From the NCBI GenBank assembly GCA_963783375.1, contig CAWANH010000028.1, positions 1,504,001-1,568,000 on the forward strand: 64,000 nt of DNA, given 5' to 3'. Source of the stretch: Candidatus Eiseniibacteriota bacterium. GTDB lineage: Bacteria; Eisenbacteria; RBG-16-71-46; JABDJR01. Under the pieces are notes generated by a model. It did not search any database and was not told the DNA's origin. It saw only the letters and a list, made by a program, of their open reading frames with translations. Position 1 is the stretch's first letter; the number at the start of each line of letters is the position of its first letter. A program made the translations under genes and the position numbers. Of this stretch, positions 20,064 through 28,611 are shown in pieces.

Positions 20064-21233
20064 ATGAAATGGACCACGAGGCGGCTTTGGGCCGTTGGAT
20101 TCTGGAGCGCGGCGGCGACGGCTTTGGTGATCGCGGGGTGCGGGCAGGAAGCCGCCGCGCCGGCCGCCTGGACCGGCTACAACGAGCCGGCGACCGAGAT
20201 GTCGATCGATCTGGCCCGGGTGGACGGGGGGATGAGCGTTGCGGACGAGAGTCCCGGATTCGGGGACGGTTACTTCCGGTCGTTCCTGGGGGACGATCAA
20301 CCGCTTTCGTTTTCGGATCCCTTGGAGCGGGACCCGCGGATGACCGGTCTCGAGAACCGAAACGGAGCCTCCGTTCAATACCTGCGCGTCATCTGGGGAG
20401 ATCTCGAGCGCGGGCCGGAAGCGGCTTCGGGAGACACTTCCGCGGGTTCCGTTCTGGACTGGACCGGCGGGGCCTCGGTGTCCGACGGGCTCCTCCTGCC
20501 GATGGGCACCCTGGGCTTCGAGCGCGCCGACCGGCTCGTCCGGCCCCGAACCGACCGGCAGGTCGTGGAATGGGTCTCCCATACCGGGCCCTGCTGGGAC
20601 GGGGTCATTCTCAAGATCCTGGTGCCCCCGGCACATGACACCACCTTCGCCGCCAATCGCAAGAGCGCCAAGGGAGACGGGTTGACCGCGGACGATCTCT
20701 TCACCTTCACCACCGGACCGCTTACCGTGTCTTTCCCCATCGACGGGATCTCGGATCTCGATTCAACGGTGTGGATCGACGACACCCACGGGGTGAGCTT
20801 CAGTGGATTCGAGCGCGGAGACGTGGATCTCTGCCCCCGGGGCGGGATGCTGGGAGCGTGGGTCGAGGTGGCGGACGATTCCCTTCAGGGCGGGTTCTTC
20901 CGGGCCAAATGGGTCAATCCCCTCGGCCGCCTGCAGGGACAGGTCCGAGGCCGCTGGGGCGTGCTCCCCGACAGCGGGCAGGTCTTCGTGGGCAAGATCA
21001 TCGGCCCCCAGGGGCGCTATCTCGGACACGTCCGGGGCCGGTGGGAAGAGAGTCCCGACCATCCCGGCCACGGCCTCTTCCGCGGAGTCTGGTTCACGGT
21101 CAATCGCGACAGCAGCCGCACCGCGGTGGGGCAGGTGCGCGGGGTCTGGGGGGTGAGCGACCGGGTCGACGACGGAGGATTCCTCCGCGGGTTGTGGATG
21201 AAGGATTGCGCGCGCGACGCGGGCGGCGCCTGA
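20064..21233 (+). CDS. Lipoprotein of unknown function with Gly/Trp beta-repeats
   Basis: GGAGG RBS; lipobox IAGC; repeated GxxxGxW motifs in the C-terminal third. Confidence 0.8.
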   Translation: MKWTTRRLWAVGFWSAAATALVIAGCGQEAAAPAAWTGYNEPATEMSIDLARVDGGMSVADESPGFGDGYFRSFLGDDQPLSFSDPLERDPRMTGLENRNGASVQYLRVIWGDLERGPEAASGDTSAGSVLDWTGGASVSDGLLLPMGTLGFERADRLVRPRTDRQVVEWVSHTGPCWDGVILKILVPPAHDTTFAANRKSAKGDGLTADDLFTFTTGPLTVSFPIDGISDLDSTVWIDDTHGVSFSGFERGDVDLCPRGGMLGAWVEVADDSLQGGFFRAKWVNPLGRLQGQVRGRWGVLPDSGQVFVGKIIGPQGRYLGHVRGRWEESPDHPGHGLFRGVWFTVNRDSSRTAVGQVRGVWGVSDRVDDGGFLRGLWMKDCARDAGGA

Positions 21234-21295
21234 GAGAGAAGCGCCGGGGCGTCGTTCGCCCGGGCGAGAGCATCGGGAACCTGCCGATGAGGCGG

Positions 21296-21325
21296 GAGGG
21301 CGGCCCCCATTGGGCCGCCCTCTTT
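21296..21325 (+). terminator. Putative intrinsic terminator
   Basis: 11-bp stem GAGGGCGGCCC-ccatt-GGGCCGCCCTC followed by TTT. Confidence 0.6.
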
Positions 21326-21487
21326 CCTTGCCGGGACACGAATGCAGACTCGATCCGACGCGCGCCGCGGTCGGAGTGAACCGGGCGCGGTCGGGTTCCC
21401 TGCGTGCTATCCTCACCCCTCGACCGGAGCATCGACGAAAGCAGTGATTCACGCGCGATCCGGACCGATTCCCCGCGAGGAGACACC

Positions 21488-21967
21488 GTGGAATCCAAAG
21501 CGCCGCGTCTCGGCTGGGACCAGTACTTCATGCAGATTTGCCGGGTGGTGGCCAGCCGATCCACCTGCAATCGGGCCGCGGTGGGAGCGGTCATCGTGCG
21601 TGAGCGCACCATTCTGGCCACCGGCTACAACGGCTCGCCCGCCGGACTCCCCCATTGCACCGAGGTGGGCTGCCTCATCTATACCTCCGAAACGCCCGGC
21701 GGCGGGACCGAGGAGAACTGTTTCCGGACCATCCACGCCGAGATCAACGCCATCGCCCAGGCGGCGCGGAACGGGGTGTCCATCGCCGGGAGCCACGTCT
21801 ACATCACGCACAGTCCGTGCATCCATTGCCTGAAGACCCTGATCAATACCGGCATCCGGCGGGTGTGCTACGAAAAGCCCTACAAGCTGGAGCGGGTCGA
21901 GGAGATGGTTGGCCAGTCCGGCGTCGTCCTCGAACAGGTGCCGATGGAGGGGGTTTCGGGCTTCTAG
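21488..21967 (+). CDS. dCMP deaminase (ComEB family)
   Basis: WDQYFM, RSTC, TGYNG, HAEINAI and SPCIHC zinc motifs. Confidence 0.93.
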   Translation: MESKAPRLGWDQYFMQICRVVASRSTCNRAAVGAVIVRERTILATGYNGSPAGLPHCTEVGCLIYTSETPGGGTEENCFRTIHAEINAIAQAARNGVSIAGSHVYITHSPCIHCLKTLINTGIRRVCYEKPYKLERVEEMVGQSGVVLEQVPMEGVSGF

Positions 21968-21993
21968 CCCGGCGTCCCCGCTTCAGCCGACGC

Positions 21994-23286
21994 TCAGTCC
22001 CCGACCCGCGGCGCCTCGTAGGTCGCGTCGCACTTCAGGTCGTAGGCGTAGGGGCTCGTCCAGAGATCGTTGAAGTCGCGATCCAGCTCCGCGGGAAGCT
22101 CCCGTCCGTGGACGATCACCCCCACGTTCCGGGTGGCGTAGAAGTAGGTCTTTTCCCAATTCGAGGTGCCCAGCCAGCAGACGTCGCCGTCCACCGTGAG
22201 GTACTTGGCGTGGGTGACGCGGGCATAGGGAATGAAGCCCGATGCGGCCTGCGGGATGGTCACCAACCGCACCGAGAGACCTGGGATCACCACCAGGCTC
22301 TTCAGGTGGTCGATGACCGGCTTCCGCTTGGACCAGTCGGCGACCATCAGCTCCACCTTCACCCCGCGCACCGCGGCCCGGCGGAGGGCGTCGTCAAGCT
22401 CCGGCCAGTACACGTCGTTCCGGGCCACCGGGCTGTAGGTGAGGACGGTCACGTGGATGGAGTCTTGCGCTGCGTCCAGGGCGTCGATGATCCGGGGGAG
22501 GTCCCAGGTGGTGCTGTCGGGGAGGAAGCCGGTGGGGCTCATGGCCGGCCAGAGCCGCGCCGTATCTCCCGAGGCCTCGACGTAGGGATAGGGTGGCGAA
22601 GCGGCGGTGGGCGGCCCCGGGGACGCCGTCCCCGCGGCGGGCTCGCCCGAACCCAACCTCTCGGCCACGCTCCAATCCATCTCGAACACCCGATCCAGCA
22701 CCCGGGCGTAGTCCGGAATCCGGATCCTGAGGCCGATCTCGTGGATGTGCTCCAGGGAGCGCCAGTCCATGTTCTGGCTCCCGATATAGGCCTCGGCGCC
22801 GTCGACCACGAAGTACTTGGCGTGCATGACCCCGCCGGTCAGGTTCCGGTAGTCGATCAGCCGCACTTCGACTCCCGGGGCCTTGGACAACCGGTCGAGG
22901 GTGTGGGGGTAGGTCTTGTAGAACCCCGCGTCGGCCAGGACCCGGACCGCCACCCCGCGGGCCCCCGCCTCCTCCATGGCCCGGATCACCGGCTCCAGCC
23001 GGCTCCCGGGCTCGTTGGAGTAGTAGAAGCTGGCCACGTCGAGCCGCTCCCCGGCCCCGGCGAACATCTCCGGCCAGAGTTGCCAGGCATCGGGGACGTC
23101 GGGGTGGTTCAGGCTCGTCCCGGTCGGCGCGGTCTCGACCAGGGTCACCGCCGGGGGGACTGCGGCGGCCGCGCCCCCGGCCGAGAGCGCAAGGAACGCG
23201 GGGCCGGCGGAAAGAATCGCGACAAGGCCGGCCAAGGCGGCCGGAAGCCGTCGACGAAGGACCGGGGCCGGGCTGGTGTTCACCAC
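21994..23286 (-). CDS. Secreted phospholipase D family protein (PLD3/K4-like)
   Basis: Two HKD motifs (HAKYFVVD..GSQNMDWRS; HAKYLTVD..GTSNW); signal peptide. Confidence 0.92.
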   Translation of the reverse strand: MVNTSPAPVLRRRLPAALAGLVAILSAGPAFLALSAGGAAAAVPPAVTLVETAPTGTSLNHPDVPDAWQLWPEMFAGAGERLDVASFYYSNEPGSRLEPVIRAMEEAGARGVAVRVLADAGFYKTYPHTLDRLSKAPGVEVRLIDYRNLTGGVMHAKYFVVDGAEAYIGSQNMDWRSLEHIHEIGLRIRIPDYARVLDRVFEMDWSVAERLGSGEPAAGTASPGPPTAASPPYPYVEASGDTARLWPAMSPTGFLPDSTTWDLPRIIDALDAAQDSIHVTVLTYSPVARNDVYWPELDDALRRAAVRGVKVELMVADWSKRKPVIDHLKSLVVIPGLSVRLVTIPQAASGFIPYARVTHAKYLTVDGDVCWLGTSNWEKTYFYATRNVGVIVHGRELPAELDRDFNDLWTSPYAYDLKCDATYEAPRVGD

Positions 23287-23359
23287 AAACCTCCGTTAGA
23301 TTGAAACCGTCGCTCGAACGAGGGTTCGATGATACGCGCTTCCATTCCCGGAGGGGAAC

Positions 23360-24652
23360 ATGGCGAAACACGGCGGAAGTTTCGCTCCGGCAACGTTCCG
23401 GATCCTGGCCGGCCTCCTCGCGATCCTGTCGCTCCTGGTCCCTCTCGCACCGGGGGCCCAGACCCGGACGGTCTGGGACAAGTTCCGCCGTGGGCCGACC
23501 GGCCCCATCGTCTACCCGGAGATCCAGGTCGAGGCGGCGTGGTTGCGGGAGCATCTCGACCGGGTGCGGGTCGTGGACGCGCGGGAGGGCGGCCGGTTCG
23601 CCCGGGGGCATGTCCCCGGCGCGGCGTCCTTTCCGTCCGCATCCTTCGACGGCGATCCGTGGCGCCTGGCCGACCTCCTGGCTCACGCGGGCGTTCCCTC
23701 CGAGGGAACCGTGGTGTGCGTATCCGACCGTGAGGATCCCGCCGCCGCGGGTCGTCTCTTCTGGATCCTGGAACTGGCGGGCCAGGGCGACCCCCGGGTT
23801 CTGGACGGCGGGCTCGAAGCCTGGATCGCCGCCGCCGGGGACCTCGAGCGCGGGGCGAAGGCGCCTCCCTCCGCCGCCTTCCGCGCCGCTCCCGACACCT
23901 CCCGGATCGCCGACTATGCGTACGTGAAGGCGTGTTTCGGAACTCCGAGGGCCAACGTGCTCGATTGGCGGGCGGCTCAGGTCTGGGCCGACGGCCACAT
24001 CCCGCACAGCCTGCCCTTTCCACTCGGTGAGCTGGTCACCGGTGAAGGGCGGATCCTCTCCGGGAAGGCCATGCGACCGCTCTTCGAGCAATGGGGCCCG
24101 AGGCCTCGGGAGACCGTCGACCTCTCCGCGGAGCTGATCGTGTGCGGGGACGCGCCCCCGGGAGCGGTGCCGGTGGATCCCTACTTCGCCGCCCGGCTGG
24201 CGGGTATCGAGCACGTCCGGGTCTATCCGGAAGGGTTCGCGGGCTGGCGCGCCCACGGCGACGCCCCCGTGGTCCGGCTCGTCAACGCGGAGGAGGTGAG
24301 GCGCGACCTGCATCGCGAGTGGAAGGGGACGCTGCGTGATCTCCCTCCTCCCGACCTCATCCTCTTCGACGTTCGGGGGGAGCGGGACTATCTCTCCGGC
24401 CATCTTCCCGGGGCGGTTAACCTCGCCCCCCACCTCTTCGAGGCGCAGCTCGAGGGCACGGTGGCCGCCTTCTGGCCCGGTGCGGACCGGTCCACCATCC
24501 CGGTGGTGTTCTATTGCTACGGCCCCGGCTGCACCCGGAGCCGGAACTGCTCCACCATGGCCGCCCGGCACGGGTTCCAGAATCTCCTCTGGTTCAAGGA
24601 CGGGACCGCGGGGTGGAGAAGCGCGGGCGAAGAGCTGGTGCGGGGGCGTTGA
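23360..24652 (+). CDS. Exported multi-domain rhodanese/sulfurtransferase
   Basis: Three rhodanese repeats (GHVPGA, GHIPHS, GHLPGA); YCYGPGC loop in the last domain; N-terminal signal. Confidence 0.88.
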   Translation: MAKHGGSFAPATFRILAGLLAILSLLVPLAPGAQTRTVWDKFRRGPTGPIVYPEIQVEAAWLREHLDRVRVVDAREGGRFARGHVPGAASFPSASFDGDPWRLADLLAHAGVPSEGTVVCVSDREDPAAAGRLFWILELAGQGDPRVLDGGLEAWIAAAGDLERGAKAPPSAAFRAAPDTSRIADYAYVKACFGTPRANVLDWRAAQVWADGHIPHSLPFPLGELVTGEGRILSGKAMRPLFEQWGPRPRETVDLSAELIVCGDAPPGAVPVDPYFAARLAGIEHVRVYPEGFAGWRAHGDAPVVRLVNAEEVRRDLHREWKGTLRDLPPPDLILFDVRGERDYLSGHLPGAVNLAPHLFEAQLEGTVAAFWPGADRSTIPVVFYCYGPGCTRSRNCSTMAARHGFQNLLWFKDGTAGWRSAGEELVRGR

Positions 24653-24733
24653 AGGGTGGAAACCAGGGCCCACCCGGTCTCCCGGGCGGGCCCTCGTTGG
24701 TCGATGCGATCGCTCGGACTCCGCAGAAGGGGT

Positions 24734-25387
24734 TCAGCTCTTGAAGAGGTTCTTCAGGAGCCCCCAGGTGGTCTGCCGGTTCGGCACGCTGCTTCCCGGC
24801 TCGATGATGATATTGCAGCCGATCCGGTCGATGTGGTACTCGCGTACGATCCCATCCGTGCCCCCGGAGTAGACCAGGTCGCACGGGCTCAGGACGCCGT
24901 CCCCGTTGTCCTGGAAATCGTCCACGTGGGTCTCGGCGCAGAAGTTCGGATAGACCTCGTGCCAGGTCTCGCAGACCGGACTCTGGGGGTTGGGATCGGC
25001 GGTGGGTTCGTAGATCACCTCCTGGGTCTGCCCGGTGGGATCGGTGCACGTCGTGAAATAGGTCGGCCCGGCCCAGGTGATGTGGTATTCCATGCCGTTC
25101 AGGACGATGATGTCGCAGGCGGAGATCACCCCGTCGCCGTTGTCCCGGTAGTCATCCTGGCTCCAGTCCCCGCAGTAGTTGGGCCAGAGCTCGTGCCAGC
25201 GGGAACCGGGAGGCGGCACGTCTCCGATGGCCAGGCCGGTCACGCCGGGGGTTGGCGCCGGAGTCTGGAGATCGAGGTAGATATCCTGGGCCACCGCCTG
25301 GGTTTCGGAGTGGACCGGGATGAGGAAGAAGGAGAGCACGATCGCGGTGGCCAAGACCGCCGCTAGGGGTAGCCGTCTGGTCCTCAT
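24734..25387 (-). CDS. Secreted Cys/Asp-rich two-repeat protein with C-terminal TWGxxKxxF motif
   Basis: AGGAG RBS; signal peptide; duplicated WHExxPNxC...DNGDGVxSxCD unit; ends TTWGLLKNLFKS. Confidence 0.85.
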   Translation of the reverse strand: MRTRRLPLAAVLATAIVLSFFLIPVHSETQAVAQDIYLDLQTPAPTPGVTGLAIGDVPPPGSRWHELWPNYCGDWSQDDYRDNGDGVISACDIIVLNGMEYHITWAGPTYFTTCTDPTGQTQEVIYEPTADPNPQSPVCETWHEVYPNFCAETHVDDFQDNGDGVLSPCDLVYSGGTDGIVREYHIDRIGCNIIIEPGSSVPNRQTTWGLLKNLFKS

Positions 25388-25691
25388 GGGGCAGCTCCTT
25401 TCTCGAAATCGGAGAATTTCACCGAAGCCTGAAACGGCCATAATGATAATTAATTCGTGTGTGTAATTCAATACCGATTTGGTCGGCCGCTCCGCGCCGT
25501 CGCGATGGGCGGCGAGTCCGGGCCCGGTCGATCGGTCCCACCCGGGGCCGGTCCGCGTATGACATCCAGTTGGAGAGCCGGTTTCCGGATCGGAGGACCG
25601 GCCCGGAGCGGGGAAGGGTGGGGGAAATGACCCGGCCTCGGGACGGCCGCATCCGCGCCGACCGTCCCGGAACCGGCCCGAGGAGGAACGC

Positions 25692-28019
25692 TTGGCGAAT
25701 CTCGTAAGCCGCTACGCCCACTGGCTCCACACCCGCTGGCCGGCGGGGACGGTGGAGAAGCTCCCCGAAGTCGCCGGGGACGGCCGGACCGCGGTGCCCG
25801 GTCTCTACGTGACCGGCGACCTCACCGGAATCCCCCTCCTCAAGTTCTCCCTGGACAGCGGGGCCCGGGCGGCCCGGCGGATCGCCGAGGAGCTCGGCTC
25901 CTCGCCCCGGCAAGGCGACCTCCTCGACGTGGCGATCGTGGGGGCGGGGGTCTCGGGCATGGCCGCGGCCATGGAGTGCCGCCGGAGGGGCCTCGGGTTC
26001 CGGGTGCTGGAGTCCGCCGAGACCTTCTTCACGATCGTGAACTTTCCCCGCCGCAAACCCATCTACACCTACCCCCGGGCGATGGAGCCGGCCGGGGACC
26101 TCCAGGTCCGGGCCGAGGTGAAGGAGGATCTCCTGGAGGAGCTTCGGGCCCAGGTGCGCGACGCAGGGATCGAGGTCGAGCCCGCCCGCGCCCTCTCGGT
26201 CCGCCGCGCCGCCGGGGCGCTGGAGGTGATGCTGGCCGAGGGCGAGCCGGTCCGGGCCCGCAGGGTCATCGTGGCCATCGGCCGGAACGGGGAGTTCCGC
26301 CGGCTCGGGGTACCCGGAGAGGATCTCGACACGGTCTCCAACCGCCTTCACGATCCCGCCGATTTCGCCGGGAAGCGGACGCTGGTGGTGGGAGGGGGAG
26401 ACAGCGCGCTCGAGGCCGTCGTCGCCCTGGCCCGGGCGGGGGCGCGGGTGGCCTTGAGTTACCGGGGGAACGAGCTCTCCCGGCCCAAGCCGGTGAACGT
26501 GGAGATGGTCCAGGCCCTGGCTGCGGGGAAGAGCGTGGGGGAGGCCCGCGCGCGGGTCGAACGCCCCAGCTCGGAGCGGGTCGCCGCCGCCGCGGACGAC
26601 TTCGCGGGAGCGGCGCCCTTCGCCGGGACCGTGGAGCTCCTGCTCGGGAGCCGGGTGAAGGAGATCCGGCCGGGGGAGGCGGTCATCGAGGCCTCGGAGG
26701 GCGAGCGCCGGATCGAAAACGATGCGGTATTCGTCATGATCGGCCGGGAAGCCCCCCTCGACTTCTTCCGCCGAAGCGGGATCCCGGTGGCGGGAGAGAT
26801 GCGGGCCCGGAACTGGGCCGCGCTCTCGGCCTTCGTGCTCTTCTGCGTCTGGCTCTACAACTGGAAGTCGGGCGGGTTCCTGGCCCGGCTCTGGGAGGGG
26901 CACGGCTGGTTCCCCTACGGCCTGGCCGGGGCGGCGGAACGTTGGGTCGCCGATCCCCATTCCCTGGCCGGGGTGACGGTCCACTCCGCGCTCGGGCATC
27001 CGTCCTTCTGGTACACCCTGGCCTACTCCACGGTGGTGGTGCTCTTCGGCATCCGGCGGATCCGGCGCCGCCGGACCCCCTACGTCACCGTCCAGACCGT
27101 GACCCTGGCGGTCATCCAGGTGGTGCCGCTGTTCCTCCTACCCGAGATCATTCTCCCGTGGCTGAACTACCACGGCTGGCTTCCCCAGGGGCTGGCCGAC
27201 GCGCTCTTCCCCCAGGTGAGCTACGGTCACGGACGGGAGTTCTGGCGGGCCTACGGACTGGTTCTGGCCTGGCCGCTCAACGTCTACAACGTGTTCACCC
27301 CCCACCCGCTCCCGGCGTGGTTGGTCATCTGCGGGGTCCAGACCCTGGTGCTCATCCCGGCCGCGATCTTCTTCTTCGGAAAGGGGGCCTACTGCGGGTG
27401 GATCTGCTCCTGCGGGGCCCTGGCTGAGACCCTGGGAGACGGCTTCCGCCACAAGATGCCCCACGGACCGCGGTGGAATCGCCTGAACATGCTGGGGCAG
27501 GGGGTGCTCCTGGTCGCGGTGCTCCTGTTGCTGCTCCGCATCGCGGGTTGGATCTTCCCCGGCGTGGGTTGGCTGCAGGCGGTGTTCAACGTGGCCCTGG
27601 ACGGCGGCGGAACCCATTGGCCGAGCTACAAGTGGACGGTGGACGTGTTCCTGGCCGGGGTCCTGGGCTACGGGCTCTATTTCTGGTTCTCGGGCCGCAT
27701 GTGGTGCCGCTTCGCCTGCCCCCTGGCCGCGCTCATGCACATCTACGCCCGGTTCAGCCGCTTCCGGATCTTCGCCGAGAAGAAGAAGTGCATCTCCTGC
27801 AACGTCTGCACCTCGGTCTGCCACCAGGGGATCGACGTCATGAGCTTCGCCAACAAGGGGCTTCCCATGCAGGATCCCGAATGCGTGCGCTGTTCCGCCT
27901 GCGTCCAGAGCTGCCCCACCGGGGTGCTCTATTTCGGGCGGGTGGACGCCGCGGGACGGCCGGCCGCGGTGGACCGGCTCGCCGCCTCGCCGGTGCGGAT
28001 GCGCGAGGGGGACGGCTGA
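25692..28019 (+). CDS. FAD/NAD(P)-binding oxidoreductase fused to a membrane 4Fe-4S polyferredoxin
   Basis: GAGVSG and GGGDSA dinucleotide motifs; multiple TM helices; CGWICSCG, CRFACP, CISCNVCTSVC, CVRCSACVQSCP. Confidence 0.88.
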   Translation: MANLVSRYAHWLHTRWPAGTVEKLPEVAGDGRTAVPGLYVTGDLTGIPLLKFSLDSGARAARRIAEELGSSPRQGDLLDVAIVGAGVSGMAAAMECRRRGLGFRVLESAETFFTIVNFPRRKPIYTYPRAMEPAGDLQVRAEVKEDLLEELRAQVRDAGIEVEPARALSVRRAAGALEVMLAEGEPVRARRVIVAIGRNGEFRRLGVPGEDLDTVSNRLHDPADFAGKRTLVVGGGDSALEAVVALARAGARVALSYRGNELSRPKPVNVEMVQALAAGKSVGEARARVERPSSERVAAAADDFAGAAPFAGTVELLLGSRVKEIRPGEAVIEASEGERRIENDAVFVMIGREAPLDFFRRSGIPVAGEMRARNWAALSAFVLFCVWLYNWKSGGFLARLWEGHGWFPYGLAGAAERWVADPHSLAGVTVHSALGHPSFWYTLAYSTVVVLFGIRRIRRRRTPYVTVQTVTLAVIQVVPLFLLPEIILPWLNYHGWLPQGLADALFPQVSYGHGREFWRAYGLVLAWPLNVYNVFTPHPLPAWLVICGVQTLVLIPAAIFFFGKGAYCGWICSCGALAETLGDGFRHKMPHGPRWNRLNMLGQGVLLVAVLLLLLRIAGWIFPGVGWLQAVFNVALDGGGTHWPSYKWTVDVFLAGVLGYGLYFWFSGRMWCRFACPLAALMHIYARFSRFRIFAEKKKCISCNVCTSVCHQGIDVMSFANKGLPMQDPECVRCSACVQSCPTGVLYFGRVDAAGRPAAVDRLAASPVRMREGDG

Positions 28020-28032
28020 GCCGGCGACTTGC

Positions 28033-28566
28033 TCAGTGTCCTCCCGTCATCCAGGCGCCCGCCCCGAACACCAGCCCCACCAGCAGGGTGATCACGATCA
28101 GGGCGATCCAGCCCAGGATCACGGTGGCCACCGCGCGCCCGGTGGTGAAGTCCAGGGCCTGGCGGATGGCCACCACTCCGGCGATCAGTTGCCAGACGAG
28201 GGCCACGACGGCGAGGAACGAACCCAGGACGGGAACGAACACGAAGAAGGCCAGGATCCTCGGCGTGTAGGAATAGCCGAGGACCCGGAGCATCTCCCCC
28301 ATGTCCGAGCGGGTCTCCGGTCCCCGGGTGACGGTGGTGCCGATCCACAGGGTGATTCCGGCCCACACCACCCACCCGATCAGACCCGAGATGATCTCAC
28401 GGATGAACGGGGAGAACCCCCCGTAGAGGATCGTGGAACCCAGACCGGACACCGCCGAGACCAGGATCACCACCCACAGGGCCTCGATGGTGTACTTCGG
28501 GTCGGCTTCCACCATCTCGTAGAATGCGGCGTCGAGCCGGGCGGCCCGGAGCATTCGCTGGAGCAT
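28033..28566 (-). CDS. YIP1-like membrane protein
   Basis: About five TM helices; 'RVLGYSYTP' and 'AIRQALDF..GRAV' pattern. Confidence 0.7.
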   Translation of the reverse strand: MLQRMLRAARLDAAFYEMVEADPKYTIEALWVVILVSAVSGLGSTILYGGFSPFIREIISGLIGWVVWAGITLWIGTTVTRGPETRSDMGEMLRVLGYSYTPRILAFFVFVPVLGSFLAVVALVWQLIAGVVAIRQALDFTTGRAVATVILGWIALIVITLLVGLVFGAGAWMTGGH

Positions 28567-28611
28567 GATTCCCCCCTTCGCCGTTCGAATCCATGGCCCG
28601 CCGCGGGACGC

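Noticed and set aside
21488-21967. Anti-phage dCTP deaminase
   Set aside because: Short ComEB-type enzyme without the kinase-like domain; housekeeping is more likely
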